Positions 12,146 to 25,324 of a stretch of DNA of 64,000 bases are shown here, piece after piece. Within the stretch, counting starts at the first letter, position 1; each line of letters opens with the position of its first letter. The stretch is taken from positions 29,016,001-29,080,000 of the forward strand of contig NC_043017.1 in assembly GCF_006345805.1 (NCBI RefSeq). The letters are read 5' to 3'. The position numbers were made by a program, and so were the translations under genes. Below the pieces are notes generated by a model. The model had not been told where the DNA came from. It made no database searches and saw nothing but the letters and a program-made list of their open reading frames with translations. The stretch comes from Octopus sinensis. Lineage: Eukaryota.

Positions 12146-12555
12146 GGATCTTTTCGGTTTGAACGGCAGTTTTTTCTAGCGGTTTCATATGAAATTATCA
12201 CCCATAATTATGACTCTAGTATCGATCTATTGCATTTCAATTTGTTTTAGGGTTAGGCTTAGTTAGGGTTAGAGTTAGTGTTAGGGGTGGGGGGAAGGGT
12301 ATCTTTTTTTGTCACAAATGTAAATAAACCCAATCTGTTTCTTAAACGAGGGACACGTTCATACGGCACAGAATGTTTTTTTTACCTCAATGGACTTCAT
12401 TGATTGGTTGAAATTGCAGAAATTGAAGAAAATATCTTACAAACATCTTACAAACTACGGAATTTTTTAAACACATTCTACCAGTATACGAAGTTAAAAA
12501 TTTTGTAGTTACCTAGAAATTATGTTAAAAACTGCCGTTCAAGCCGTAAAGTTCC
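12146..12555 (+). mobile_element. MITE family M
   Basis: TIRs present. TSD gttcaaaa / gttccaaa. A paralogous empty site lies at ~11327. Confidence 0.85.
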
Positions 12556-13391
12556 GTTCCAAATATTAACTAAGTATGTGGAACAGAAACTGCGTAGTGT
12601 TAAGAAGCTTTTTAAAAGAATCACGCTTAAGATATAGTATAAATGTAATAGTTATATTAAGAATTATGATTTATAACTACACGATATTTATAGTCTCGAA
12701 GCTACTTTAAAATATTCAGAAAGGACACAGGATGTTCAAGGTTGTTAGATTTTAAATATTTTTCATAAAATTTTTAATCTAAAGGATCCAAGATAATATT
12801 TGAAATGAAATTAAATTATTAATGAGAATTGTTATTTAATTACAAATACATATTAGCGAATTAATTTAATATGAAAATGAATCACAAGCAGATAATTGTT
12901 GTGAAAAACATAATTAAAATGTTATTTTGAAAATAGAAATTGTATGCAAGTACGTTTGATGTCTAAAAATAACGGAATAAGATTCAGTGTAAATTGATAA
13001 AAAATATGCAACGGGATATAATTAACTCAAAGAGATTCCCTATAGAGAAGTGCAAACTAATTCTAAACGAGATAAAAAAAAATATATCTAGCGAAACAAC
13101 TATACAAGAAATTACGTTATCTTTATGAAAAAAATAGTTATGCGAATTAAAACTGTTACAGTAACAGCAGTACAGATATGCTTTAGAAGAAAGGAATAAT
13201 TGTTGCTGTTAGAGAAGCATGCAAGCAATCGAGAACTTATATGAAAAAGGGAAACATTAAGCAGGCTGTCGAGTAAATAAGGTATCAAATAAGGCAAATA
13301 AGAAGTAGCATGTAATATATCTGTGTTATAGCACCTGAAATATTACAGTGGTTAACTTGACATTATATATATATATATAAATATATATATA

Positions 13392-13990
13392 TTTCTTTAT
13401 TGCCCACAAGGGGGTAAACTTAGAAGGGACAAACAAGGACAGACAAAGGGATTAAGTTGGTTACATCGACCCCAGTGCGAAACTGGTACTTAATTTATCG
13501 ACACCGAAAGGATGAAAGGCAAAGTCGACCTCGGCGAAATTTGAACTCACAACGTTGCGACAGACGAAATACCTATTTCATTACTACCCACAAAGGGCTA
13601 AACATGGAGAGGACAAACAAGGACAGATAAATGGATTAAGACGATTATATCAACACCAGTGCGTAACTGGTACTTATTTAATCGACCCCGAAAGGATGAA
13701 AGGCAAATTCGACCTCGGCGGAATTTGAACTCAGAACGTAATGACAGACGAAATGCCTCTTCTTTAACTACCCATAAGGAGCTAAACACAGAGAGGACAA
13801 ACAAGGACAGACAAACGGATTAAGACGATTATATCAACCCCAGTGCGTAACTGGTACTTATTTAATCGACCCCGAAAGGATGAAAGGCAAAGTCGACCTC
13901 GGCGGAATTTGAACTCAGAACGTAACTGCAGACGAAATATGGCTACGTATTTCCCCCGGCGTTCTAACGTTTCTGCCAGCTCGCCGCCTT
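13392..13990 (-). mobile_element. SINE family B trimer (one head plus two head-less units)
   Basis: Three body units joined at junctions of the GAAATAGGTATTTCGTCTG type. Confidence 0.85.
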
Positions 13991-14079
13991 ATCTTAACAT
14001 TATACATAGCTAAACAGTCAAATGACTCCAGAAATGTGCCTACAGGATTATCTCATAACACTGTGGATTTTATAATAAA

Positions 14080-14478
14080 CTAGTAGTATCGCCTGGCGTT
14101 GCTCGGGTTTGTAAGGGAAATAACTATATAAGCATTTTTAGAGAGTTATAACCGAAAAATAGCAAAAAATGCATTGAAAATGGGAAAAAAATGATGGTAA
14201 ATTTTTTTTTAAATCGTTGACCCATCGTAGACATTTTTAGAGAGTTACTTCCCTTATATAATAGCGAAAAAAATGCATTAAAATTGAAAAAAATGATGGT
14301 AAATTTTTTTTAAAAATCATAGATTCATCGTAGACGCGCGCTAATACCCAGAAGGGCTCCATATAAATCACGACTATAAGATACCCGGTTTTGCTGAGAC
14401 TGCACCGCAAAATGTGGGAGTAGTTAGGAATCTAAATCGTAGGAGACAGACACACAACTTGACATTTATATATAAAGA
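14080..14478 (-). mobile_element. Helitron-like family H
   Basis: Reverse complement of the 857-1247 type, with CTAG at 14080. Confidence 0.8.
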
Positions 14479-14772
14479 TAGATTATTTCTGTATAAGGGT
14501 AAGTAGACGGTGAACGTTATGTTAATTCAAGGAACTCGGCAGTATGGGCACATTTTTGTACAGGAATTCTAGTGAAGAAGCCGATGATATACAAGGAAAT
14601 GGCAATGTCCGATAACCTATACTATAAAAAGCTTAGTGTCCTTTGTGAGGATTTTAATGTACCTTCTAAACTATAAATATTATATGGTTATAATCTATAC
14701 TATATGATGTATTATGAAAGGCTAGTCAGTAATGCTTGCTAGATATTTAAGTTTTCTAAGAAATATAGGTAT

Positions 14773-15183
14773 ACTCTTTTATTCTTTTACTTGTGTCAGT
14801 CATGTGACTGTGGCCATGCTGGAGCACCGCCTTTAGTCGAGCAAATCGACCACAGGACTTATTCTTTGTAAGCCTAGTACTTATTTTATCGGTCTCTTTT
14901 TGCCGAACTGCTAAATTACGAGAACGTAAACACACCAGTATCGGTTGTCAAGCGATGTTGGGGGGACAAACACAGACACACAAACATATACACACACATA
15001 CATATGTATATACATATATACGACAGGCTTCTTTCAGTTTTCGTCTACCAAATCAACTCACAAGGCTTTGGTCGGCCCGAGGCTATAGTAGAAGACACTT
15101 GCCCAAGATGCCACGCAGTGGGACTGAACTCGGAACCATGTGGTTAGTAAGCAAGCTACTTACCACACATACACTCCTACGCC
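14773..15183 (-). mobile_element. SINE family A
   Basis: Full match to the family. Confidence 0.85.
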
Positions 15184-15499
15184 TATATGAGAACATGATG
15201 ATGAAGGCAAAACAAAAGAAGCAAGTACACGAAGATAACATATCAGTAATCAAGAGAAACGTAAAACAGAAAGAAGTCATGATAAAAGTACTAAATAATG
15301 TATCCTGAATATGATGGTAAGCATGATATCTGAAAAGTGAAAGTATTTAGCATTTTCTTGTAATACTTCTGAAAATGATAAGTAAATGTTCAACTGGATT
15401 AGGTTGACTTTAAATAGCAGGAAAAAAAAATCAATAACGGAAAGAAAATGAAGGATGAAAAGAAGAGGCAAACATCTGTATAAAAAAACTGTATATATA

Positions 15500-15912
15500 G
15501 GCGCAGGAGTGGCTGTGTGGTAAGTAGCTTGCCTACCAATCACATGGTTCTGAGTTCAGTCCCACTGCATGGCATCTTGGGCAAGTGTCTTCTGCTATAG
15601 GTTCGGGCCGACCAATACCTTGTGAGTGGATTTGGTAGACGGAAACTGAAAGAAGCCTGTCGTATATATGTATATATATATGTATGTATGTGTATGTATA
15701 TGTTTGTGTGTCTGTGTTTGTCTCTCTAGCATGGCTTGACAACCGATGCTGGTGTGTTTACGTCCCCGTCACTTAGTGGTTCGGCAAAAGAGACCGATAG
15801 AATAAGTACTGGGCTCACAAAGAATAAGTCCCGGGGTCGATTTGGTCGACTAAAGGCGGTGCTCCAGCATGACCGCAGTCAAACGACTGAAACAAGTAAA
15901 AGAGTAAAAGAG
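15500..15912 (+). mobile_element. SINE family A
   Basis: GGCGCAGGAGTGGCTGTGTGG...GAGTTCAGTCCC head and (gtaaaaga)n tail. Confidence 0.9.
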
Positions 15913-16367
15913 AAAAGAATATACGAAAGAACATATCAAAAAGAATAAAATCCTACATAATCATGTGAGTAAATTTATAAGCAAAATATTGTATTACCAT
16001 ATATGAATATGCTTGTGTGTGTGTGTGTATGTGCGTGTGTGTCTGTGTATGCGTGGGTGTATGTGTGCTCGTTTATTCATTGTCGGTAATTGGCAGAAAA
16101 TGAGAGTGACTCGAGTGGCAGGAGTTTTGTAACTTTGCTTATCAACGAGTGAAACTCTCGGTCCTTCTATTCAAGCTTAAATATCAGCCGAATGCAGGGT
16201 CAATTCTTCTTCCAGCTATCGCATACTCTATTCACTAAAGATTCTCCTGAGTGAATGTGAATGCACTCGATTACATAGGCACCTAAAATATTTAGCAGAG
16301 GAATAGATATGATACCAGTCATACTCATGTGGAGTTGAAGGCTAACTCTCATAGGCGATTTACTATA

Positions 16368-16411
<44 letters not shown>

Positions 16412-16444
16412 TGTGTGTGTGTGGTGGTGTGTGTATATGATATA

Positions 16445-16680
16445 TTAATTAGAGATAAAACCACTATTATTCAAACAATGAAAAACCTAAGCCAATACAA
16501 AGAATTAATTAATTTATATTATTTTAAATATATATCAAAAGTATTATAAGTTTAATGAAAGATAATGAGTAAAACACTACGATCGTTTCATGGCTGTCCA
16601 ATTCGTAATAATTCGAGTTATGATTACAGTCAATCTTCAGGTAATTGAAGAAATATTTATCTTAGCGAGGTTTAGCAATA
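16445..16680 (-). mobile_element. Short (TA)n-embedded PLE pseudo-LTR-like element (family P1)
   Basis: Highly similar to 43565-43785. Bounded by (TA)n and contains a hammerhead. Confidence 0.75.
16575..16643 (-). ncRNA. Type I hammerhead ribozyme (P1)
   Basis: Minus strand: TAC-CTGAAGA-TTGACTGT...ACAGCCAT-GAAA-CGATCG-TA-GTG. Core intact, stem II imperfect. Confidence 0.7.
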
Positions 16681-16781
16681 TATATATATATATATATATA
16701 TACCGGAGTAAACACATAAATGTTAAACAAGGTGGAAAAAAGAGTACTCAAATACCATGGGTAGAGTAATATGCTTCATTT

Positions 16782-16936
16782 AAAAGCAGCAGAAATTCAA
16801 CAAAACCTGTTACTCGGAGTTTCACGTTCCCGTTCGTCGGACAGTTTTTGTTAAAAAAAATTTAAACAAAAATTATCCGACGAACGGGAACGTGAAAATC
16901 CGAGTAACAGGTTTTGTTGAATTTCTGCTGCTTTAA
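16782..16936. repeat. Inverted repeat (~60-bp arms); the right arm holds a decayed plus-strand copy of the same hammerhead
   Basis: aaagcagcagaaattcaacaaaacctgttactcgga...tccgagtaacaggttttgttgaatttctgctgcttt. Confidence 0.9.
16801..16850 (-). ncRNA. Minimal type I hammerhead-like motif with U4C core variant
   Basis: CAAAAACTGT-CCGACGA-ACG-GGAA-CGT-GAAA-CTCCGAG-TA-ACAGGTTTTG. Stem I pairs at 9 of 10 positions and loop 2 is GNRA. Confidence 0.7.
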
Positions 16937-16989
16937 AAAAAAGTACACACACACACACATAGACACACACATATATATATAACTTTGCG

Positions 16990-17286
16990 TGGATGAAAGG
17001 CAAAGTCGACCTCGGCGGATTTTTGAACTCACAACTTAACGACAGACGAAATACCTATTTCTTTATTACCCACAAGGGGCTAAACACAGAGGGGACAAAC
17101 AAGGACAGACATAGGTATTAAGTCGATTACATCGACCCCAGTGCATAACTGGTACTTAATTTATCGACCCCGAAAGGATGAAAGGCAAAGTCGACCTCGG
17201 CGGAATTTGAACTCACAACGTAACGCAGACGAAATACCACTAACCATTTCGCCCGACGTGCTAACGTTTCTGCCAGCTCACCGCCT
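16990..17286 (-). mobile_element. SINE family B plus a partial head-less second unit
   Basis: Junction cagacgaaatacctatttc at ~17045. Confidence 0.85.
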
Positions 17287-17556
17287 TTGTAGTTATATAG
17301 TTGTACGTATAAATGTGTATGTGGGAGTGTTTATACTAATGAAATGGAAACAAGGCTAATCTTATTTCTAGACCATTATTTCCAGTATATTACCCAGCGT
17401 TCGTCCACGAATAACAACGCACCATATTTCAAACATTACCGTTCTTCTTAACACTATATCATTTGAATGACATTGTTCCAAAGATATTTTCAAATTCGAT
17501 AAAGCTATATGAAAATCATCGAACTTATATTGTTATTTTCTGTTTCATTTTCTCAC

Positions 17557-17731
17557 CTGCTATCGCCGTATACACATAAAATAATATTTATATAACTCTT
17601 CCGGCTCAACTTTACCATTCGACCTTCAGGAACAAATCCACTAAGTTTTAGTCTTGTACAGGTTTCTACTTGCAGCCATACCCGTAATACCTGCGCCTGG
17701 GCCAGGGTTTGAAACCCATATTCATATACTT
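17557..17731 (-). other. Candidate orphan exon (175 nt)
   Basis: ttgtttctgctgtgcttag acceptor and CAG|gtgaga donor. One frame is open throughout (VYEYGFQTLAQAQVLRVWLQ...). No recognised homology. Confidence 0.2.
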
Positions 17732-18039
17732 CTAAGCACAGCAGAAACAATTTACATATTTTATCAGCGATTTTGAAAGTATTACAGAGCTACAGACTTC
17801 CTTTCGAAGTGTGCACTCAAATTCAAGTGTTGAAAACAAGTCAGGATATAAATAGTACGATATCTTATCACACAATTCCTTTACGTATAATGTTAAGTTT
17901 CCCTACTTTCTCTGTTACACTTACACACAGCCATAAAGTGCTGTTTTCCCGCTTCTGAAAAAATAGTAAAAGCTAAGCAGATTTTGGTGAAATATCTAAA
18001 GGTAATTTATGAGCACAACACACATACACACCACACAGA

Positions 18040-18115
18040 CACAGCAGGCCCGACCCGCACGTACACACATATACACACACGACCCAAATACATACGAATA
18101 CATACATATAATATA

Positions 18116-18157
<42 letters not shown>

Positions 18158-18196
18158 TATAATATATATATATATATACACACACATATATAATAT

Positions 18197-18238
<42 letters not shown>

Positions 18239-18533
18239 TATATACCTATAATATATATATATACAATAGACATATATATATATATATAATACATATATAT
18301 ATATACATATATATATATATACATATATATATATACATATATATATACATACATATATATATATACATTTTATATATGTATATATATATATGTATATATA
18401 CAGTTATATAGATATAACATACATATATATATATATATATATACATACATCTATATATATATATCATATATGTATATATATGTATATATATATAATATAT
18501 AATACATATAAATATACACATATATATATATAT

Positions 18534-18564
<31 letters not shown>

Positions 18565-18740
18565 TATTTATATATATACATGCTATACATGCATATACAT
18601 ACATATACATATATATACATTTACATGAATAAGTGAATGTCTGCATTCTCACGTATTTGGAAGCGTACTTGTGTACGTACACGCATGTACATACACACGC
18701 ACACGAGCACACACACCACACACACACACGAACGCGCACA
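18040..18740. repeat. (TA)n/(CA)n compound microsatellite
   Basis: Directly visible. Confidence 0.95.
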
Positions 18741-19160
18741 CATACACACGCACACACTTCTTTACTAGGTGTTTTGGAATTTTAAAGTATTTTTCTAAGG
18801 TTTTCATTCAAATAACTTTATCTCCAAAATATCATACAGAAACGTTACATTTTGTTTTTGAAATTGGAAGTAATTTTACACTGTATCACTCGATCGCTGA
18901 ATTTGCAGCTTGCTCAAGAAGGGGAAAAAAATCTGACGTTTGTTTTAGGAAAAAACTGCTGTAATATAAGTGGGCTTTATCGCTGATATGGAGCTTAAAT
19001 TCGACGATTACACTTACATAGTAAAAAAAACTTTATGCTTACGTGCCCTTAATTTCAAAGAAGATTACCTCATTCTTTTACATTTTTTTTTACTGTTAAG
19101 TATAATGTGACCTGTGTATATAAATTCACAAACGCTTCTCGTTTATCACACTTGATACGA

Positions 19161-19199
<39 letters not shown>

Positions 19200-19299
19200 A
19201 GCACACATACATACACACACACACACGCACACATACACGCACACACAAAATACCCAGACACACACACACACGAATGTGTCTGGGTATTTAAAAAAATGT

Positions 19300-19690
19300 T
19301 CTTTACTTCTTTCAGTAATGTGACTGCGGCCATGCTGGAGCACCACCTTAAAGGGTTTTAGTCGAAGAAATCGACTCCAGGACTTATTCTTTGTAAACAT
19401 CATTCATATTCTATCGGGTTTTTTGGGCCTAACCGCTAAGTTACGAAGACATAAATATATCAACATCGGTTGTCGAGCGATGACGGAGAGACAAATACAG
19501 ACACACACAGATAAATATATTCATATATATACGATGCGCTTCTTTTAGTTTCGGCCTACCAAATCTACTCACAAGAGTTTGGTCGGCTTGTGGCTATAGA
19601 TGACACTTGCCCAAGGGACCATGCAGTGGGGCCAAACTCAGAACCACATGGTTGGGAAGCAAGCTTCTTGCCACACAGCCACGTCGGCGG
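19300..19690 (-). mobile_element. SINE family A (diverged)
   Basis: Family match with many substitutions. Confidence 0.75.
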
Positions 19691-20147
19691 CTATTTATGT
19701 CGGTATGTATACGTTAGTATGGACGTGCGTACCTATGTGTGTATGGGAGGTGAATACAGGGTGTTTTCCAACATACAAGCTGACTGCATGAATGAAACCT
19801 GTTTGATTACCCCAGACCTGTGTCCAAGAGGCATTGTACAGTACTAAATGTACTACATTAGTGATCACTTTTCTGATACACTCACATTGGTACTCACACA
19901 CAACGTAGATACATACGCATATATAGGTGTGTTTGTGTGTGTGTACGTGTGTGGACAGACAGACGAACATATTTATATATATATATATACTTGGAAAATG
20001 ATGCGTGGCGTTCGATCATATAATAATATAAATAATATATGCATATATACATACATATATGTACATACCTACATTTATATGTATATACACATACATATAG
20101 ATATAGGTATGTACATATATGTATGTATATATGCGTATATTTATATA

Positions 20148-20190
<43 letters not shown>

Positions 20191-20844
20191 AACATAGACT
20201 AATTAAAAAATCGATAGATACATATACATATATACATATATACACACAGGCAGGCAGGCAGGCAGGCAGGCAAATGGATGGATAGATAGACAAATAGATA
20301 GATTTATAAAGAAATTGATAGATTGAAAGGCAGTGAAAGGGATATCAAACAGGTGAGTATAGTTGTATCTGAACACGTATCTGCAATAACGGTATATGAT
20401 CTACGTCGTATACATATTCATATTTCCGTTGATTCATAACGTAATTCTTAATTAACTTCTATCACTTCTCCTTATATCTTCGCGTTGGTATCTAGCTAGG
20501 GCTATTTAATAGTAAAACCCAAACTTGATATATTGTATTAAGCATTGTAGTTACCATTTCAATTTCTCTGCACACCCATCATTGCTTAAAACTAAACAAT
20601 TTTTACGTTATGTTACAACGTTATCCTCTGCATTTGAATTACACGTTCGAATTCATACAGTGCAAGTGCAATCTATGAGTGGATACATTAAAAGTATGCA
20701 AGACTTTTCTCAGGTCCCAAATATGAATGTCTGTGTTAACTACATACAAAAGACGAAGCCTTGTACCTTTGTTGAAACCAGGCTCCCTCCTCAGTGGAAG
20801 ATTTATAAAAAATTTTAAAAATAGAGGAGACATACATATATACA

Positions 20845-21023
20845 GGCGCAGGAGTGGCTGTGTGGTACGTAGCTTGCTTACCAACCACATTGTTCTGGGT
20901 TTAGTCCCACTGCGTGGCATTTTGGGCAAGTGTCTTCTACTATAGCCCCGGGCTTACCAATGCTTTGTGACTGGATTTGGTAGAGGGAAACTGAAAGAAG
21001 CCCGACGTATATATGTATATATA

Positions 21024-21080
<57 letters not shown>

Positions 21081-21295
21081 TGTGTGCGTCTGTGTTTGTC
21101 CCTCTAGCATTGCTTGACAACCGATGCTGGTGTGTTTATGTCCCCGTTACTTAGCGGTTCGGAAAAAGAGACTGATAGAATGAGTACTGGGATTACAAAG
21201 AATAAGTCCCGGGGTCGAGTTGCTCGATTAAAGGCGGTGCTCCAGCATGGCCGGAGTCAAATGACTGAAACAAGTAAAAGACTAACAGACTAAAG
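20845..21295 (+). mobile_element. SINE family A
   Basis: Full match. The tail runs into the (CATA)n array. Confidence 0.85.
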
Positions 21296-21397
21296 ACATA
21301 TACATACATACATACATACATACATACATTCATACATACATACATACATACATACATACATTCACACATACATACATACATACATACATACATACAT

Positions 21398-21434
<37 letters not shown>

Positions 21435-21987
21435 ACATACATACATTCATACATACATACATACATACATACATACATACATACATACATACATAATACA
21501 TACATACATACATACATACATTCATACATACATACATACATACTACATTCATACCTACATACATACATACATACATACATTCAACATACATACATACATA
21601 CATACATTCATACGTACATACATACAGACATACATACATACATACATACATACATACATACATACATACAGACATACATACACACATACATTCATACATA
21701 CATACACACACAACACACACACACACATACATACATACATTCATACATACATACATACATACATACATACATACATACATACATACATACATACATACAT
21801 ACATACATACATACATTCATACATACATACATACATACATACATTCATACATACATACACATACATACATACATTCATACATACATACATACATACATAC
21901 ATTCATACGTACATACATACATACATACATACATACATACATACATACATACATACATACATACATACATACATACACACATACATT

Positions 21988-22019
<32 letters not shown>

Positions 22020-22693
22020 TACATACATACATACATACATACATACATACATACATACATACATACATACACACATACATACACACATACATACACTCAT
22101 ACATACACTCATACATACATTCATACATACATACATTCATACATACATACATACATACATACATACATACATACATACATACATACATACATACATACAT
22201 ACATACATACATACATACATACATACATACATACATACATACATACATAATACATACATACATACATACATTCATACATACATACATTCAACATACATAC
22301 ATACATACATACATACATTCATACATACATACATACATACATTCATACATACATACATACATTACATACATACATACATTCATACATACATACATACATA
22401 CATACATACATGCATACATACATACATACATTTATACATACATACATACATTCATATATACATACTTACATTCATACATACATACATACATACCAGTTGT
22501 TATGTATCTGACCCGTGAGGCATCGATGATAGATGTGGCGAAACAATTGTAGTGATTACATATAAATACATACATACATACATACATACATACATACATA
22601 ATACATACATACATTCATACATACATTCATACACACACAAACACATACATACATTCATACACACATACATACATACATACATACATACATACA

Positions 22694-22725
<32 letters not shown>

Positions 22726-22990
22726 CATACATACATACATACATACATACATACATACATTCATACATACATTCATACATACATTCATACATACATACAT
22801 ACATACATACATACATTCATACATACATACATACATACATACATACATACATACATACATACATACATACATACATACATACATACATACATACATACAT
22901 ACATACATACATACATACCAGTTGTTATGTATCTGACCCGTGAGGCATCGATGATAGATGTGGCGAAACAATTGTAGTGATTACATATAA

Positions 22991-23021
<31 letters not shown>

Positions 23022-23030
23022 CATACGTGT
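21296..23030. repeat. ~1.7-kb (CATA)n array carrying two identical ~77-bp non-repeat inserts
   Basis: Directly visible. Inserts at 22494-22570 and 22919-22995. Confidence 0.95.
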
Positions 23031-24599
23031 GCGTATATGTAGGTATGTGTGTGTGTGTATGTGTGTGTAAACCATGATGCGTAACCAGATGTATTTGCTT
23101 CCTTGAGTGAAACGAGACGTATAATGTGCCTCACCAACTTGGTACCAGCTTCCACTGAAACATTTAAAAGCTGCTAGATAATATTATGTATATGTAGTTT
23201 CTGAAATCAGTTGCTACCTGTCATTTATACGGGGAGTTTCCGTTTATGAACCCCGGTTGTCTCCTTAGTACATGTCATAATATCAAAAATAAGCTAATTA
23301 GTTCAATTTAGGATCGTCATTGGATGGCGTATTTAGTCCAAGAAATATGCATGAATTACCTATGGTTTGTACCTTATTTCAAAATTTCCCAATTTATAAG
23401 GTCCCACAGGTGTCATTGATAGATAGAGCTGTTGTTTTTGAGCAAGCGAATTCGTAATGAACTACCTAAGTTTCACATGTAACCAATGGGCGCTCTTCGT
23501 GTAGCTTCGTATCAACTTTCTTTGAACGATCTATGATTGCATTGTTTGGCATTAAATTTCAGTTACTTACACTCTAAATCAATGTGTATGAATATCTGCG
23601 GATCTTAAAGCAGGAAGAATTATTGTTAAATCCATGAGAGTATCCAAATAATTTTTACCCTTCAAATTTTGGGAAATATACTTTCATTTGTATGAGAAGC
23701 AGTTGAATGCACGTATGGCATATTATATATTTATGCAATTTTTTTGAATTCTACAGGGATATAATTTGTAGTTTATATCGAGATTTACGGCATGCCATAT
23801 CAGAAAATGAAGAGAAAGGAAGCAACAATAAGAAAATACAATATATCTGTGTGTTGACTCAACTCTCTCTACGTCTTTGTCTTCCTCTCTCCCTCAATTT
23901 CTTTCTCACTCTTCCCTCTCATCCCCTCTCTCTTTCTCTGATGTTATATACAATCCATAACTTATGTTCCGTATGTTTTTATGATGTCCATTTTCTAGAA
24001 CAGAAGCTGTCCTGAATGCATGTTTATTGATGCATATATTCTCATCAAATAACAAACGGATACGATAATCTGAATACATATTTCTAGAGAATGTAAAGGA
24101 TATTTGAATTTGTTTTTCCGCTGCATATTTCCCAACGAAATCGCTCCCTTTATTCTCCATCACACTCCGTACCATCGATGTGATTTGAATTGTTAATTTA
24201 GATATTATTGCATTTTTTTTTTAGCGTAGTATTGCATTTATCGAATACGAATCCTTTTCATAAATGACATTTACTCATGAATTTTTATAGCGCTTAATTC
24301 AGAACGAAACATATATAAATGATTTAAGAAAAAAAAGAAAAAAAGGAAAACGAAAATCATATATTTGTTTAATATATGATTACGCATGTAAAATGAACAG
24401 TTCATCCTATATTTTTCGTTTATTTATTTTAATGTTTTTACTGAAATATAATATTTACCCTGCATTTAAAATAATATCCCTCCTTGAATGAGACGCAGAC
24501 CAGGTTCATGTCCACTAATTAATCACTTGGACGTGAGAATCGCTAGGGCGCTGACATTATGCAACGTTTAATTCAGCCCTAAATTACTTCACGCTATGA

Positions 24600-25010
24600 G
24601 GCGCAGGAGTGGCTGTGTGGTAAGTAGCTTGCTAACCAACCACATGGTTCTGGGTTCAGTCCCACTGCGTGGCATCTTGGGCAAGTGTCTTCTGCTATAG
24701 CCCCGGGCCGACCAATGCCTTGTAAGTGGATTTGGTAGACGGAAACTGAAAGAAGCCCGTCGTATATTATGTATATATATATATATATGTGTGTGTGTTT
24801 GTGTGTCTGTGTTTGCCCCCCTAGCATTGCTTGACAACCGATGCTGGTGTATTTATGTCCACGTTGCTTAGCGGTTCGGCAAAAGAGACCGATAGAATAA
24901 GTACTGGGCTTACAAAAGAATAAGTCCCGGGGTCGATTTGCTCGACTAAAGGCGGTGCTCCTGCATGGCCGCAGTCAGATGACTGAAACAAGTAAAAGAG
25001 TAAAAGAGTA
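24600..25010 (+). mobile_element. SINE family A
   Basis: Full match. Confidence 0.9.
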
Positions 25011-25324
25011 ATCCAAATTCCAAGAGAGGTCAACATTGTCATACCTCCCGCTGGAATGAAGAAAATAAAACACCGATTAAGTAATGGTATTGATTTGTCC
25101 GAAATGTATTGTTTTTTTGCCACTAAGAGAATATTGATGGGATCTCTGAACGTGTCCTTTGCCCGTTGTTGTCATTTTAATTTTTGATAAGCGTGTAAAC
25201 TGCAAACGGTCAGGTTATCCCTATGGATCGACCTAATCCAATTATTACTAGATTTAAAACACAAATATGCAATAATTCGACAATAGACGATACGTCCAAC
25301 AGCTTGGGTACGAGAAAAATGAAT

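Noticed and set aside
15500-15575. tRNA-like sequences at SINE heads (also 7296, 46105 and 47098)
   Set aside because: A/B boxes are present, but there is no complete cloverleaf or acceptor stem and they run into SINE bodies. Not tRNA genes.
14955-15948. Recurrent ORFs of the [15 protein letters not shown] and MTTDAGV types
   Set aside because: These are chance frames in SINE family A copies, recurring wherever the SINE occurs.
17973-22977. Many ORF-track proteins such as MYVCMYVC..., YIYIYI... and IHTYIHTY...
   Set aside because: They are translations of (TA)n, (CA)n and (CATA)n microsatellites, which lack stops in some frames.
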